A DNA stretch of 34,142 bases from Vicinamibacteria bacterium (GTDB taxonomy: Bacteria > Acidobacteriota > Vicinamibacteria > Fen-336): contig JBGASI010000005.1 of NCBI GenBank assembly GCA_044229815.1, positions 1 through 34,142 on the forward strand. Reading direction: 5' to 3'. Under the pieces are notes generated by a model. That model worked only from the letters and a program-made list of their open reading frames with translations. It searched no databases and was not told the DNA's origin. Made by a program: the position numbers and the translations under genes. This document shows positions 11,019 through 19,459 of this stretch, one piece after another (the first letter of the stretch is position 1; every line of letters starts with the position of its first letter).

Positions 11019-12419
11019 ATGCGACTTCTCCCGGCGGGCGTCGGCGTCCTCGCGCTTTCCCTCGGCGTCGCGTCCGCGCGCGCCCAGTCGCTCGCGCCCT
11101 ACGAGCAGCTGACCCGGGACGTCCTGCGCGAGCTCGTCGAGATCCCGACCACGGAGTCCGGCGTCGGCGCGACGCCGGCCGCGCGGGCGATCGAGAGAAG
11201 GCTCCTCGCGGCCGGCTTCGCGCGAGAGGACGTGCAGGTCGTCGGCCCGAACGAGCGGAAGCTGAACCTGGTCGCCCGCCTGCGCGGGAGCGGCAAGGGG
11301 CGGCCGATCCTCCTGCTGTCGCACCTCGACGTGGTCGAGGCCCGAGCCGAGGACTGGTCGCCGGACCTGCCGCCGTTCCGGTTCGTCGAGAAGGGCGGCT
11401 TCTACTACGGCCGCGGCACGCAGGACATCAAGGACGGGGCGGCGCTGCTGAGCGCGAACTTCGTCCGCTGGAAGCAGGAAGGCTGGACGCCCTCGCGCGA
11501 CCTCGTCCTCGCGCTGACCGCGGACGAGGAGACGGGCGCCGACGACGGCGTCGAGTGGCTGTTGCGAAACCGCCGCGCGCTCGTCGACGCGGAGTACTGC
11601 CTGAACACCGACAGCGGCGATTTCCAGTCGAAGGATGGAAAGCCGTACCTCGTCGCCGTGGCGGCGGCGGAGAAGAAGGTCTCGGTCCTGCGGCTCGAGA
11701 CGACGAACCCGGGCGGCCACGGCTCGCTGCCGCGTCGGGACAACGCCATCTACGAGCTGGTCGCGGCCCTCGCCCGGGTCGAGACCTTCCGCTTCCCGGT
11801 CCTGCTCAGCCCCGTGACGCGGACCCAGCTCGAGCGCACGGCGGCCCTCGAGCAGGGGCAGGTCGCGGCGGACCTGCGCGCCGCGGCGGCCGGCCAGGCG
11901 GACGAGAAGGCCCTCGCGCGGCTCTCGGAGAGCCCGCACTACAACGCGATCCTGCGGACGACCTGCGTGCCGACACGGCTCGACGCCGGCCACGCCTCGA
12001 ACGCGCTCCCGCAGCGCGCTCGAGCCTTCCTGAACTGCCGCATCCTCCCCGGCCACGACCCGGCCGACGTCCTCGCCGCCGTCCGCCGCGCGATCCCGGA
12101 CGCGAAGGTCGACGTGGCGTGGGAGGCGATCGAGCCGATCACCGCCCCGGCGTCCGAGATGAACGCGACGGTGCTGCGCGCGGTCGAGCAGACGGCCGCG
12201 CGGCTGTGGCCGGGCGTCGCGGTCGCGCCGATCCTCGAGACGGGCGGCAGCGACGGCCGCTTCCTGCGCGCGGCGGGCATCCCCGCGTTCGGCGCCTCGG
12301 GGGTCTTTCTCGACGTGGACGACGTGCGCTCCCACGGCCGCGACGAGCGCGTCCGGGCCTCGGCCGTGATGGGCGGCCTGGCGTTCTACGACGTCCTCGT
12401 GCGCGCGCTCGCGCGCTGA
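11019..12419 (+). CDS. M20/M25/M40 family metallopeptidase, exported
   Basis: Signal peptide; LLSHLDVV, YGRGTQDIK, ADEETG, GGHGS and HGRDER. The start is placed at ATG 11019 because ATG 11007 lies inside a -10-like TATGAT. Confidence 0.92.
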   Translation: MRLLPAGVGVLALSLGVASARAQSLAPYEQLTRDVLRELVEIPTTESGVGATPAARAIERRLLAAGFAREDVQVVGPNERKLNLVARLRGSGKGRPILLLSHLDVVEARAEDWSPDLPPFRFVEKGGFYYGRGTQDIKDGAALLSANFVRWKQEGWTPSRDLVLALTADEETGADDGVEWLLRNRRALVDAEYCLNTDSGDFQSKDGKPYLVAVAAAEKKVSVLRLETTNPGGHGSLPRRDNAIYELVAALARVETFRFPVLLSPVTRTQLERTAALEQGQVAADLRAAAAGQADEKALARLSESPHYNAILRTTCVPTRLDAGHASNALPQRARAFLNCRILPGHDPADVLAAVRRAIPDAKVDVAWEAIEPITAPASEMNATVLRAVEQTAARLWPGVAVAPILETGGSDGRFLRAAGIPAFGASGVFLDVDDVRSHGRDERVRASAVMGGLAFYDVLVRALAR

Positions 12420-12432
12420 TCCTCGAGCGGTC

Positions 12433-14682
12433 TCAGTCCGCGGCCAGGCAGACCCGGTCCCGGCCCTCGCGCTTGGCGGCGTAGAGGGCCTCGTCCGCCC
12501 GACGGACCAGTTCCTCGCCCTCGACGGCCTCGCCCTCGAGCGAGGCGACGCCGGCGCTGATCGTGAGAGGGCCGCGCAGGCCCCGGCTGGCGGCGAGCGC
12601 GTCGCGGATCCGCTCGCCGACGTGACGGGCGCCCTCGGTGTCCGTCTCCGCGAGCAGCACCGCGAACTCCTCGCCACCGTAGCGGGTGACCGCGTCGACC
12701 CGGCGCGCCGCCGCGAGCAGGCAACCCGCCACCTCGCGCAGCGCCGCGTCCCCCGCGCGGTGGCCGAAGCTGTCGTTGTAGCGCTTGAAGTGGTCGACGT
12801 CGACGAGCACCAGCGCCAGGCGCCGGCCGAAGCGCCGGGCGCGCTCGGACTCGCGCCGCAGCTCCGACTCGAAGAAGCGCCGGTTGTGCAGGCCCGTCAA
12901 CTCGTCGGTGACGGTGAGCGCGCGCACCGCCGCCTGCAGCCGCACCGCCTCGAGCGCGACGGCGAGCGGGCGCGCGATCGCGGCACAGGGCTCGAGCGTC
13001 GCGGCCTCGAAGGCCACGAACCCGCGGGTGGCGCCCTGCTGGACGAGCGGCAGCACCGCGAGCAGGCGGGGTGCCTCGCCGCGGGGCAGCAGGTCGGGCA
13101 GCACGCGGCGGGTCTCGACCCGCAGGGGCTCCGCGCCGGGCACGGGCGTCCAGCCGTCGAGCAGGCGCACGCGCGACCAGGCGACGGGGTCGGGCTCGCC
13201 GCCCTCGTAGAGGGCGAGCGCGATCGGCCGCGCGCCCAGGCCGGGCGCGTGCTCGTGCAGGAGCCTCAGGACCTCGGTCTCGTCGTGCGCGGCCTGCAGC
13301 GGAACGCTGAGCGCGCTGACGCGGTCCGCCCGCTCGGAGTCGACCACCCGCTGGCGCAGCCCCTGGCGCAGCACGCTCTCGCCGAGCGCCAGGCGGGCCA
13401 CGTGCAGCAGGCCCTCGGCCTCGGCGCGCACGGCGTCGTCGGCCACCGGGCCGAGCACGGCCGGCACCGCGAGGCGCAGCCGGGAGAGCGCGGACTGCCA
13501 GGGGTGGGCCCCGTCGCCCGCGGCCTCGAGCCGCTGCAGCAGCTCGGTCAGGCCTCGCTCGAAGGCCGCCGGCGTGCCCTCGCCGAGGCTCCACTGCAGC
13601 CCGCCCACGAGGCGGCGGCTGGCGGCCTCGGCCTCGCTCTGTTTCAGGCTCGACCCGGCCCGAGCGGCGGCCGCCGCCATGTCCCGGGCGATCGCCTGCG
13701 GCAGGGCCTCGGGCCCGACGTCGAGGTCGACGGGCGGCGCCTGGGCGGCCGCGTCGCACGGCAGGCAGCCGCAGGAGCGACGGCCGGCGAACGTGGGCGG
13801 GATCGCCACCTCCGCGGGCAGGCCCTCGCCACCGAGCATGCGCTCGATGAGCAGCTCGACGGCGCGGCGGCCGGCTTCGTAGAGCGGATAGCGGATGGTG
13901 GCGAGCGGCGGGACGTGGGCCGAGGCCCTGAGGTGGTCATCGAAGCCGACGACCGCGACGTCCTCCGGGACGTCGAGGCCCGACTCGAGCAGCGCCCGCA
14001 TCGTGCCGATCGCGGACACGTCGTTGCTGGCGAGGACGGCGGTGAACGGGTGGCCGCGCTCGAGCAGCGCGCGCATCGCATCGTAGCCGCCGGCCTCGCT
14101 GTGCAGGCCCTCCACGACGAGGGCATCGTCGGGCTCCAGGCCCAGCTCGCTCCGCAGGGCCAGGAAGGCCTCGAGGCGGGCACGGCTGTCGCCCGCGTCG
14201 CGCGGGTCGCCGGCGACGAACGCCACGCGACGATGGCCGTGGCCGGCCAGGTGCGCGAGCGCGAGCCGGATGCCGAGGGCGTTGTCGACGCGGACCGCGG
14301 GCTGGCCGTCGCCTCCGCCGACGAAGACCACCGGGTGGCCCGCCGCGGCCAGGCCGCGCACGTGCTCGCGCCGGGCGTCGGTGCGCAGGGGCGAGATGAC
14401 CACCAGGCCGTCCGTGTTCCACGCGCCGACCGGGACGAAGTCGCCCTCGTCACCAGGCTCGGGCCAGGCGGGGTGGGCGCCTCGGGGGTCGCCGATCGGC
14501 GTCCCGAGGCCGCAGGCGAGGAGCACGTCGCAGCCCAGCGCGCGCGCGCCGTCGGCGACGCCGCGCAGCAGGGGTTCGAGGAACCAGTTGGGTGTCGTGC
14601 CCTCGTACACCTGCCAGCCGGCGATCACACCGATGGCCGGGCGCTCTCGTTTCGGTCGCGGGGAACGGGCGGCGAACGCCAC
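12433..14682 (-). CDS. Diguanylate cyclase with N-terminal LacI/GalR-type sugar-binding domain (no HTH)
   Basis: GTG 14682 follows GAGG. The LacI effector domain has VDNALG, GHRRVAFVAG, ASNDVSAIG and VPEDVAVVGFDD. The C-terminus has DELTGLHNRR, DVDHFKRYNDSFGH and RRVD...RYGGEEF (intact A-site and I-site). Confidence 0.88.
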   Translation of the reverse strand: MAFAARSPRPKRERPAIGVIAGWQVYEGTTPNWFLEPLLRGVADGARALGCDVLLACGLGTPIGDPRGAHPAWPEPGDEGDFVPVGAWNTDGLVVISPLRTDARREHVRGLAAAGHPVVFVGGGDGQPAVRVDNALGIRLALAHLAGHGHRRVAFVAGDPRDAGDSRARLEAFLALRSELGLEPDDALVVEGLHSEAGGYDAMRALLERGHPFTAVLASNDVSAIGTMRALLESGLDVPEDVAVVGFDDHLRASAHVPPLATIRYPLYEAGRRAVELLIERMLGGEGLPAEVAIPPTFAGRRSCGCLPCDAAAQAPPVDLDVGPEALPQAIARDMAAAAARAGSSLKQSEAEAASRRLVGGLQWSLGEGTPAAFERGLTELLQRLEAAGDGAHPWQSALSRLRLAVPAVLGPVADDAVRAEAEGLLHVARLALGESVLRQGLRQRVVDSERADRVSALSVPLQAAHDETEVLRLLHEHAPGLGARPIALALYEGGEPDPVAWSRVRLLDGWTPVPGAEPLRVETRRVLPDLLPRGEAPRLLAVLPLVQQGATRGFVAFEAATLEPCAAIARPLAVALEAVRLQAAVRALTVTDELTGLHNRRFFESELRRESERARRFGRRLALVLVDVDHFKRYNDSFGHRAGDAALREVAGCLLAAARRVDAVTRYGGEEFAVLLAETDTEGARHVGERIRDALAASRGLRGPLTISAGVASLEGEAVEGEELVRRADEALYAAKREGRDRVCLAAD

Positions 14683-14690
14683 GGCAGGCC

Positions 14691-15419
14691 TCAGTCCCGG
14701 GCGGTCGCCGCCAGGGAGAAGCGCGCGTCGTCGATCTCGACGTTCGTCTCGATCGCCTCGATGCGGATCGTCTGGCCGTCGGGCATGCCCTCGATCTCGT
14801 TCTCGATCGTGTAGGGCCAGAGGAAGCCCGCCACCTCGCGGTAGTCGCGGAAGCTCGTCCAGGCCACGACCGGCCCGCGCGGCCCGACCTGGCGCGACTC
14901 GACCCGCACCGGGAGCCACGAGCGCTCGTCGATGAAGTGGTACTCGACGTCTCCGCTCTTCTTCGCGACGCGGATTCGGTAGGCGTAGTGCCCGCCCACC
15001 TCGCTCTTGCCCTCGATCGCGACCCTGTGACCCTTGGCGGCGTAGTCGACGAGCGGGCCGTCGATGTCGGCCCGGTCGACCATGCCGCGGGCCGCCTCCT
15101 CCGGCAGGGCGGCGGGACGGCGGCTGACGGGCGAGATGCCCCAGCCCTCCCGGCCGTCCCAGGCCATCACCGCCGGCCGGCCCTCGGCCTCGAAGTCGGC
15201 GCGGAACCGCCCGGGCCGCTTCATCTCGATCACGAGCGAGTTCGTTCGCCCGCCCTGCGTCGCCCGCGCGCGCATGCGCACCGTCTGCGTGGCCCGCAGG
15301 CGCGCGAGGCCGCCGCGCGCCTCGAGGCTGCGGGCGATCACCTCGTCGACGGTCTGGGCGGGGGCGGGGAGGGCCGCGGCGACGGCGGCGGCCAGGGCCA
15401 GCAGGGTGGGGCGCAGCAT
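14691..15419 (-). CDS. Exported LolA-like (outer-membrane lipoprotein-sorting-type) protein
   Basis: GAGGAGG SD; signal peptide ending AQ; TVDEVIARSLEARGG, KRPGRFR, FRDYREVAGFLWPY and NVEIDDARF. Confidence 0.7.
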   Translation of the reverse strand: MLRPTLLALAAAVAAALPAPAQTVDEVIARSLEARGGLARLRATQTVRMRARATQGGRTNSLVIEMKRPGRFRADFEAEGRPAVMAWDGREGWGISPVSRRPAALPEEAARGMVDRADIDGPLVDYAAKGHRVAIEGKSEVGGHYAYRIRVAKKSGDVEYHFIDERSWLPVRVESRQVGPRGPVVAWTSFRDYREVAGFLWPYTIENEIEGMPDGQTIRIEAIETNVEIDDARFSLAATARD

Positions 15420-15535
15420 CGGACGGGCCTCCTCGGTCAGGCGGGGCGACGCCGCGCCCGCTGCCCGATGGTACGGCTTCCGGCGGCCGTTTGGCGGCGG
15501 GTACCCGCGGGTGGTAGAAATGAAGGTTGCAGCTC

Positions 15536-16603
15536 ATGGCCTCCTCCCCGACCGAGATCCGCCTCACGCTGAGCCCGAATCGCCGCTTCGAGGCCATCGA
15601 CGTCAACGAGAGGATCGCCGGCGAGGCCGGGGACCTGCTGCGGCGCTACCGCAAGACGCTGTACTGCTCGCTGCACACGACCGCGGGCTACCTCGACCAG
15701 AGCCTGGCCGGGCGCATGCACCACCACCACGGGCGGCTCGCCCAGTTCTTCGACGCCTGGCACGCGGTCTTCCCGCCCGACGCGGCCTACCGCCACGACC
15801 AGATGGAGTTGCGCAGCGAGCTCTCGGACGAGCAGAAGGAGGTCGAGCCGCGCAACGGCGACTCGCACCTGACGTTCATCGGCTCGGGCCTGCGCAACTG
15901 CGTGACCTACCGCAACCAGCCGCTGGCGCCGGTCTACTTCATCGACCTCGACGGCACCAACGGGCCGACGCGCCGGCAGCGGCAGACGACGATCGTGGCG
16001 TACGACGAGGAACGCCTGGTGGCGCGCGGCTCGTTCCGGGTGCCCCTGTCGCGGCACCCGATCGACTCCGTGAACCTCACCGACCCGAGGCTGGGACTGG
16101 TCGAGCACGTCAACGACCTGCTGGCGGGCAGCGGGATCGCGAAGGGCCGTGTCGACATCACGCTCGCTTCCGCCGAGCGCAACGCGGGCCTGACCGTCAA
16201 CGAGTACGAGACGATGCTGATGCGGCACGACCTCGTCGAGGTGCTGAAGGACCCGCTGAAGTTCGCGGCCCAGCGCGGCCGGCACATGATCGACGACCCG
16301 CTGGCGATCCCCAGCAAGACGCTCAACTACGCGAAGTACGACGTGCCGCGCCTGCTCAACTCCCTGATGGAGGCGCTGCGCTGGGACCAGTCGGTGCTCG
16401 AGCGCGCCATGGCCAAGCTGATGTCGGTGCCCGCGAGCCGGCTCCTGCGCTCGCGCCGCGTGACCTTCCTCGCCAGCCACGACGAGGCGGCCGGCCGCGC
16501 CACGCTGGTGCGCGGGCAGTACCAGAGCCCGATCCTCGTGCAGTGGCAGCCGGCCGAGTCGCAGGCACGCACGATCGAGATCGCGATCTTCGGCCTCAGC
16601 TGA
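15536..16603 (+). CDS. Protein with two tandem YjbQ/UPF0047-like domains
   Basis: N-half has SLHTTAG, YRHD, NGDSHL and IDLDG...RQR. C-half has VNLTD...SGIAKG...AGLTVNE...DLVEVL and LVRGQYQS. These are YjbQ-type motifs, recognised by eye. Confidence 0.65.
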   Translation: MASSPTEIRLTLSPNRRFEAIDVNERIAGEAGDLLRRYRKTLYCSLHTTAGYLDQSLAGRMHHHHGRLAQFFDAWHAVFPPDAAYRHDQMELRSELSDEQKEVEPRNGDSHLTFIGSGLRNCVTYRNQPLAPVYFIDLDGTNGPTRRQRQTTIVAYDEERLVARGSFRVPLSRHPIDSVNLTDPRLGLVEHVNDLLAGSGIAKGRVDITLASAERNAGLTVNEYETMLMRHDLVEVLKDPLKFAAQRGRHMIDDPLAIPSKTLNYAKYDVPRLLNSLMEALRWDQSVLERAMAKLMSVPASRLLRSRRVTFLASHDEAAGRATLVRGQYQSPILVQWQPAESQARTIEIAIFGLS

Positions 16604-18098
16604 GCCGCGCCGCCGCGAGCGCGCGGCCCTTCGCCGCCCACCAGTCCCGCGCCTCCTCCTCCGTCCACGAGGCGACGCCGCAGCGCTCGAGCGCCGCCGC
16701 GGCCAGCGCGGCCGACGCGGGGCGCTCGTCCGGGTCCTTGGCGAGACAGGCGAGGACCCAGGCCTCGAGCGGCGGAGGCAGGGCCCGGCCGAGCCGCTGC
16801 GAGGGCGGCACGGGCGGCGTGTGCAGGTGGTGGCCGCAGATCTCGATCACCGTGCGGCCCTCGAACACGTGCCGCCCGGTCAACAGGAAGTAGCCGATCG
16901 CGCCGACGGAGTAGAGGTCGGAGCGCGGGTCCGTGGCCGGCGAGCGGATCGCCTCCGGGGCGAGGTAGAGCGGCGTGCCGACGAGGGCGCCCTCGTGGCT
17001 GAGGCCGCCGTCGCCGTCGAGGTCCTTGACGAGGCCGAAGTCGACCACCTTCGCCACGTCCGAGAGGCCCCCGCGCTGGCACAGGATGATGTTCCCGGGC
17101 TTGACGTCCCGGTGCACGAGCCCGATGCCGTGGGCCTCGGCGAGGGCGCCGAGCACCTGCCGCAGCACGTGGACGACGCGGGCCGGCGCCTGCGGTCCGT
17201 CGCCCGCCACGAGCTGCTCGAGGCTCAGGCCGTCCAGGTACTCCATCGCGTAGTAGAAGACGCCCTCGGGCGTGCGGCCGAAGTCGAAGACCGAGACCGT
17301 GTTCGGGTGGCTGAGCCCGGCCGTCAGCTGCACCTCCCGCTCGAAGCGGCGCAGGCTGGCCTCGCCCACGCGCTCGGGCCGCAGCAGCTTCACGGCGGTG
17401 GGTCGCCGCAGCAGCGCGTGGCGCGCCCGGTAGACGACGCCCATCCCGCCCTCGCCCAGCTTCTCCTCGAGCGTGTACTGGCCGAGCTGCCGCGCGTGGC
17501 GCACCTCGCGCCGCAGCCCATAGATGACGGCCGAGCCGGCGCTGGCGACGGTGATCGCGGCGAGCAGCCACATCACCTTCCAGACGGAGAGGCGCACCGT
17601 CTCGGTCGACAGGGAGTAGACGGCCAGGGGAAGCGCGGCGGCGACGCTCACGGCGAGCGTCCGCCGCGCGGAGCTCGGGATGAAGATCGCCCGCGTGTAG
17701 AGCACGAGGTTCACCTGAACGAGCATCACCATGCCGCGCAGGTCGGGCTCGGGGATCGAGCCCGACGGCACGACGAGCACGAGCCCCCCCAGGCCGAGCA
17801 GCAGCAGCGCGTCGAGGCCGCGCAGCGCGCGCTCGGGACGCGCCCTGCCGCGGGCGTAGAGCCAGGTGCCGCCCACGAGCAGCAGGATGGCGTTCATCCC
17901 CAGGTGGCCGGCAGGCGTCATCGGGCCCTCCCGCCCGAGGCCCGCGAGCACCTGGCCGACCCCGTAGAACGTGACGGCGATCGTGAAGGCGAGGCCGCCG
18001 AACAGGCGCAGGCGGTCCTGCAACAGGCGTGCGTCGGCGGAGTCGCCGGGCCCGGAGCTGCCGGAGGGCACCTGAGGGCGCAGCGCCTGGGGGAACAT
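16596..18098 (-). CDS. Hanks-type Ser/Thr protein kinase with N-terminal multi-pass membrane domain
   Basis: ATG 18098. Several hydrophobic segments, then LGEGGMGVVY, AVK, HRDVKPGN, DFG, GTPLYLAPE and SDLYSVG. Confidence 0.92.
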   Translation of the reverse strand: MFPQALRPQVPSGSSGPGDSADARLLQDRLRLFGGLAFTIAVTFYGVGQVLAGLGREGPMTPAGHLGMNAILLLVGGTWLYARGRARPERALRGLDALLLLGLGGLVLVVPSGSIPEPDLRGMVMLVQVNLVLYTRAIFIPSSARRTLAVSVAAALPLAVYSLSTETVRLSVWKVMWLLAAITVASAGSAVIYGLRREVRHARQLGQYTLEEKLGEGGMGVVYRARHALLRRPTAVKLLRPERVGEASLRRFEREVQLTAGLSHPNTVSVFDFGRTPEGVFYYAMEYLDGLSLEQLVAGDGPQAPARVVHVLRQVLGALAEAHGIGLVHRDVKPGNIILCQRGGLSDVAKVVDFGLVKDLDGDGGLSHEGALVGTPLYLAPEAIRSPATDPRSDLYSVGAIGYFLLTGRHVFEGRTVIEICGHHLHTPPVPPSQRLGRALPPPLEAWVLACLAKDPDERPASAALAAAALERCGVASWTEEEARDWWAAKGRALAAARLS

Positions 18099-18127
18099 GA
18101 CGCGCAGTATAGCGAGCGACGCAGCCG

Positions 18128-19318
18128 CTACGGCGGCGGCGGGCGGTTCGCGAGCGCGCGCCACAGCGGGTTGTCGTGGCGCCGCTTGTAGCGCTCCAGG
18201 TCTTCGCCGCGCTTCTCCGCGTCCCAGATCCGCGGCTCGACCGGATCCGTCCCGAGCTCGTAGTCGAGGTCCGTCCACGCGCCGTCCGGCCGGAAGGCGT
18301 AGAAGGCCCGGTGGGCGGCGGTCTCCTCGAGGGCGGCGACGAGGTCGCGCAGGTAGGCGAGCGCGCCCTCGACACGCCGGCTGACGCCGAACTCGGCCGC
18401 CACGATCCGCGAAGCCGGGACGCCGTGGCTGTGTCTCCAGCGCGCGACGCAGAGCAGGTGCTCCCGCAGCGCCTGCGCGCCCCAGCGCGCCGTGGCCCCG
18501 CCCGGCCCGGCCGGCATCCGCTCCGGGTACGCGAAGCGACCCTTGTTCACGCGGAAGGTGACGTACTCCCACGGCTCGTAGAAATGGAAGGCGTACAGGA
18601 CGCCGGGCGCCGCGACCGGCTCGAGCAGGGCCAGCCCCTCGGGCGAGGCGTAGAACGGGCCGTCGAGGAGGATCGGCGTGTCGGGGTCCGCCGCGCGGAT
18701 GGCGGCGACGATCCGCCGGTTGAAGCCGTCGACGTCGGCCGGCGTCCCCTTCGCCAGACGCCTCCACTCCGCGTACCCGGGCGCGGCGGGCGTCTCGAAG
18801 CCGAACGCACGCTCGGGGTGCGGCTCGTTGAGCGGGTTGTACGCGACGATCGCCGGGTGTCCGCGCAGGCGACCCGCCAGCTGCTTCCAGAACGCCTCGG
18901 CCTGCGCCTGGAACGCCGCGTGCTTCCACAAACGCGCGTCGTCTCGGTCGCCGTTCAGCTGCCGCCAGCGCGCGCCGGGCAGCGAGATCATCCCGAGCAC
19001 CACACCGACTCCCGCGCCCTGCGCGTCGTCGAGCGCCCGCCGCAGGGCGGCGAGGTCCTTCTCGTCGAGGGCGCGGAAGTCGTCGGCGCTGCCCATCAGG
19101 AAGTCGCGCCCGCTCGCCGGCCAGGCGTCGGGCAGCAGGCGAACGAAATCGAGGCCCGCGTCGCGCGCGGCCTGCCAGTACGCGGGGGTGAGGCGGCGGT
19201 TCTGGCTGTTCGCCCCGTGCCGCGGCGCGTCCCAGAAGGCCTCGCGCCCGTTCGCCGCCACGGACGAGCCCGAGGCGCCGAGGCAAAGGCCGAGGACCAG
19301 GACGCCGGTTCGTCTCAC
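18128..19318 (-). CDS. Secreted glycoside hydrolase family 5 (cellulase-like)
   Basis: Signal peptide; YNPLNEPHP (acid/base), FHFYEPW and AEFG (nucleophile). Confidence 0.85.
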   Translation of the reverse strand: MRRTGVLVLGLCLGASGSSVAANGREAFWDAPRHGANSQNRRLTPAYWQAARDAGLDFVRLLPDAWPASGRDFLMGSADDFRALDEKDLAALRRALDDAQGAGVGVVLGMISLPGARWRQLNGDRDDARLWKHAAFQAQAEAFWKQLAGRLRGHPAIVAYNPLNEPHPERAFGFETPAAPGYAEWRRLAKGTPADVDGFNRRIVAAIRAADPDTPILLDGPFYASPEGLALLEPVAAPGVLYAFHFYEPWEYVTFRVNKGRFAYPERMPAGPGGATARWGAQALREHLLCVARWRHSHGVPASRIVAAEFGVSRRVEGALAYLRDLVAALEETAAHRAFYAFRPDGAWTDLDYELGTDPVEPRIWDAEKRGEDLERYKRRHDNPLWRALANRPPPP

Positions 19319-19459
19319 GCGTCCATGTTAGAGCCGGACCCGGATTCTCTAGGCGCGATCTCTAGGAGAGGACGGGTTTATTAGTGTTGCGCCGCGCCCG
19401 GGCGAACGCCGATCATGCCCGCCGATCTTCCCAAGGACTCAAACACTGGAGGAGAGCCC

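Noticed and set aside
16596-19286. 896-aa kinase ORF and 1057-aa GGDEF ORF (12433..15606) taken as giant fusions
   Set aside because: The N-terminal extensions are alternate-frame readings of the neighbouring GH5 and LolA-like genes. Better starts are 18098 and 14682.
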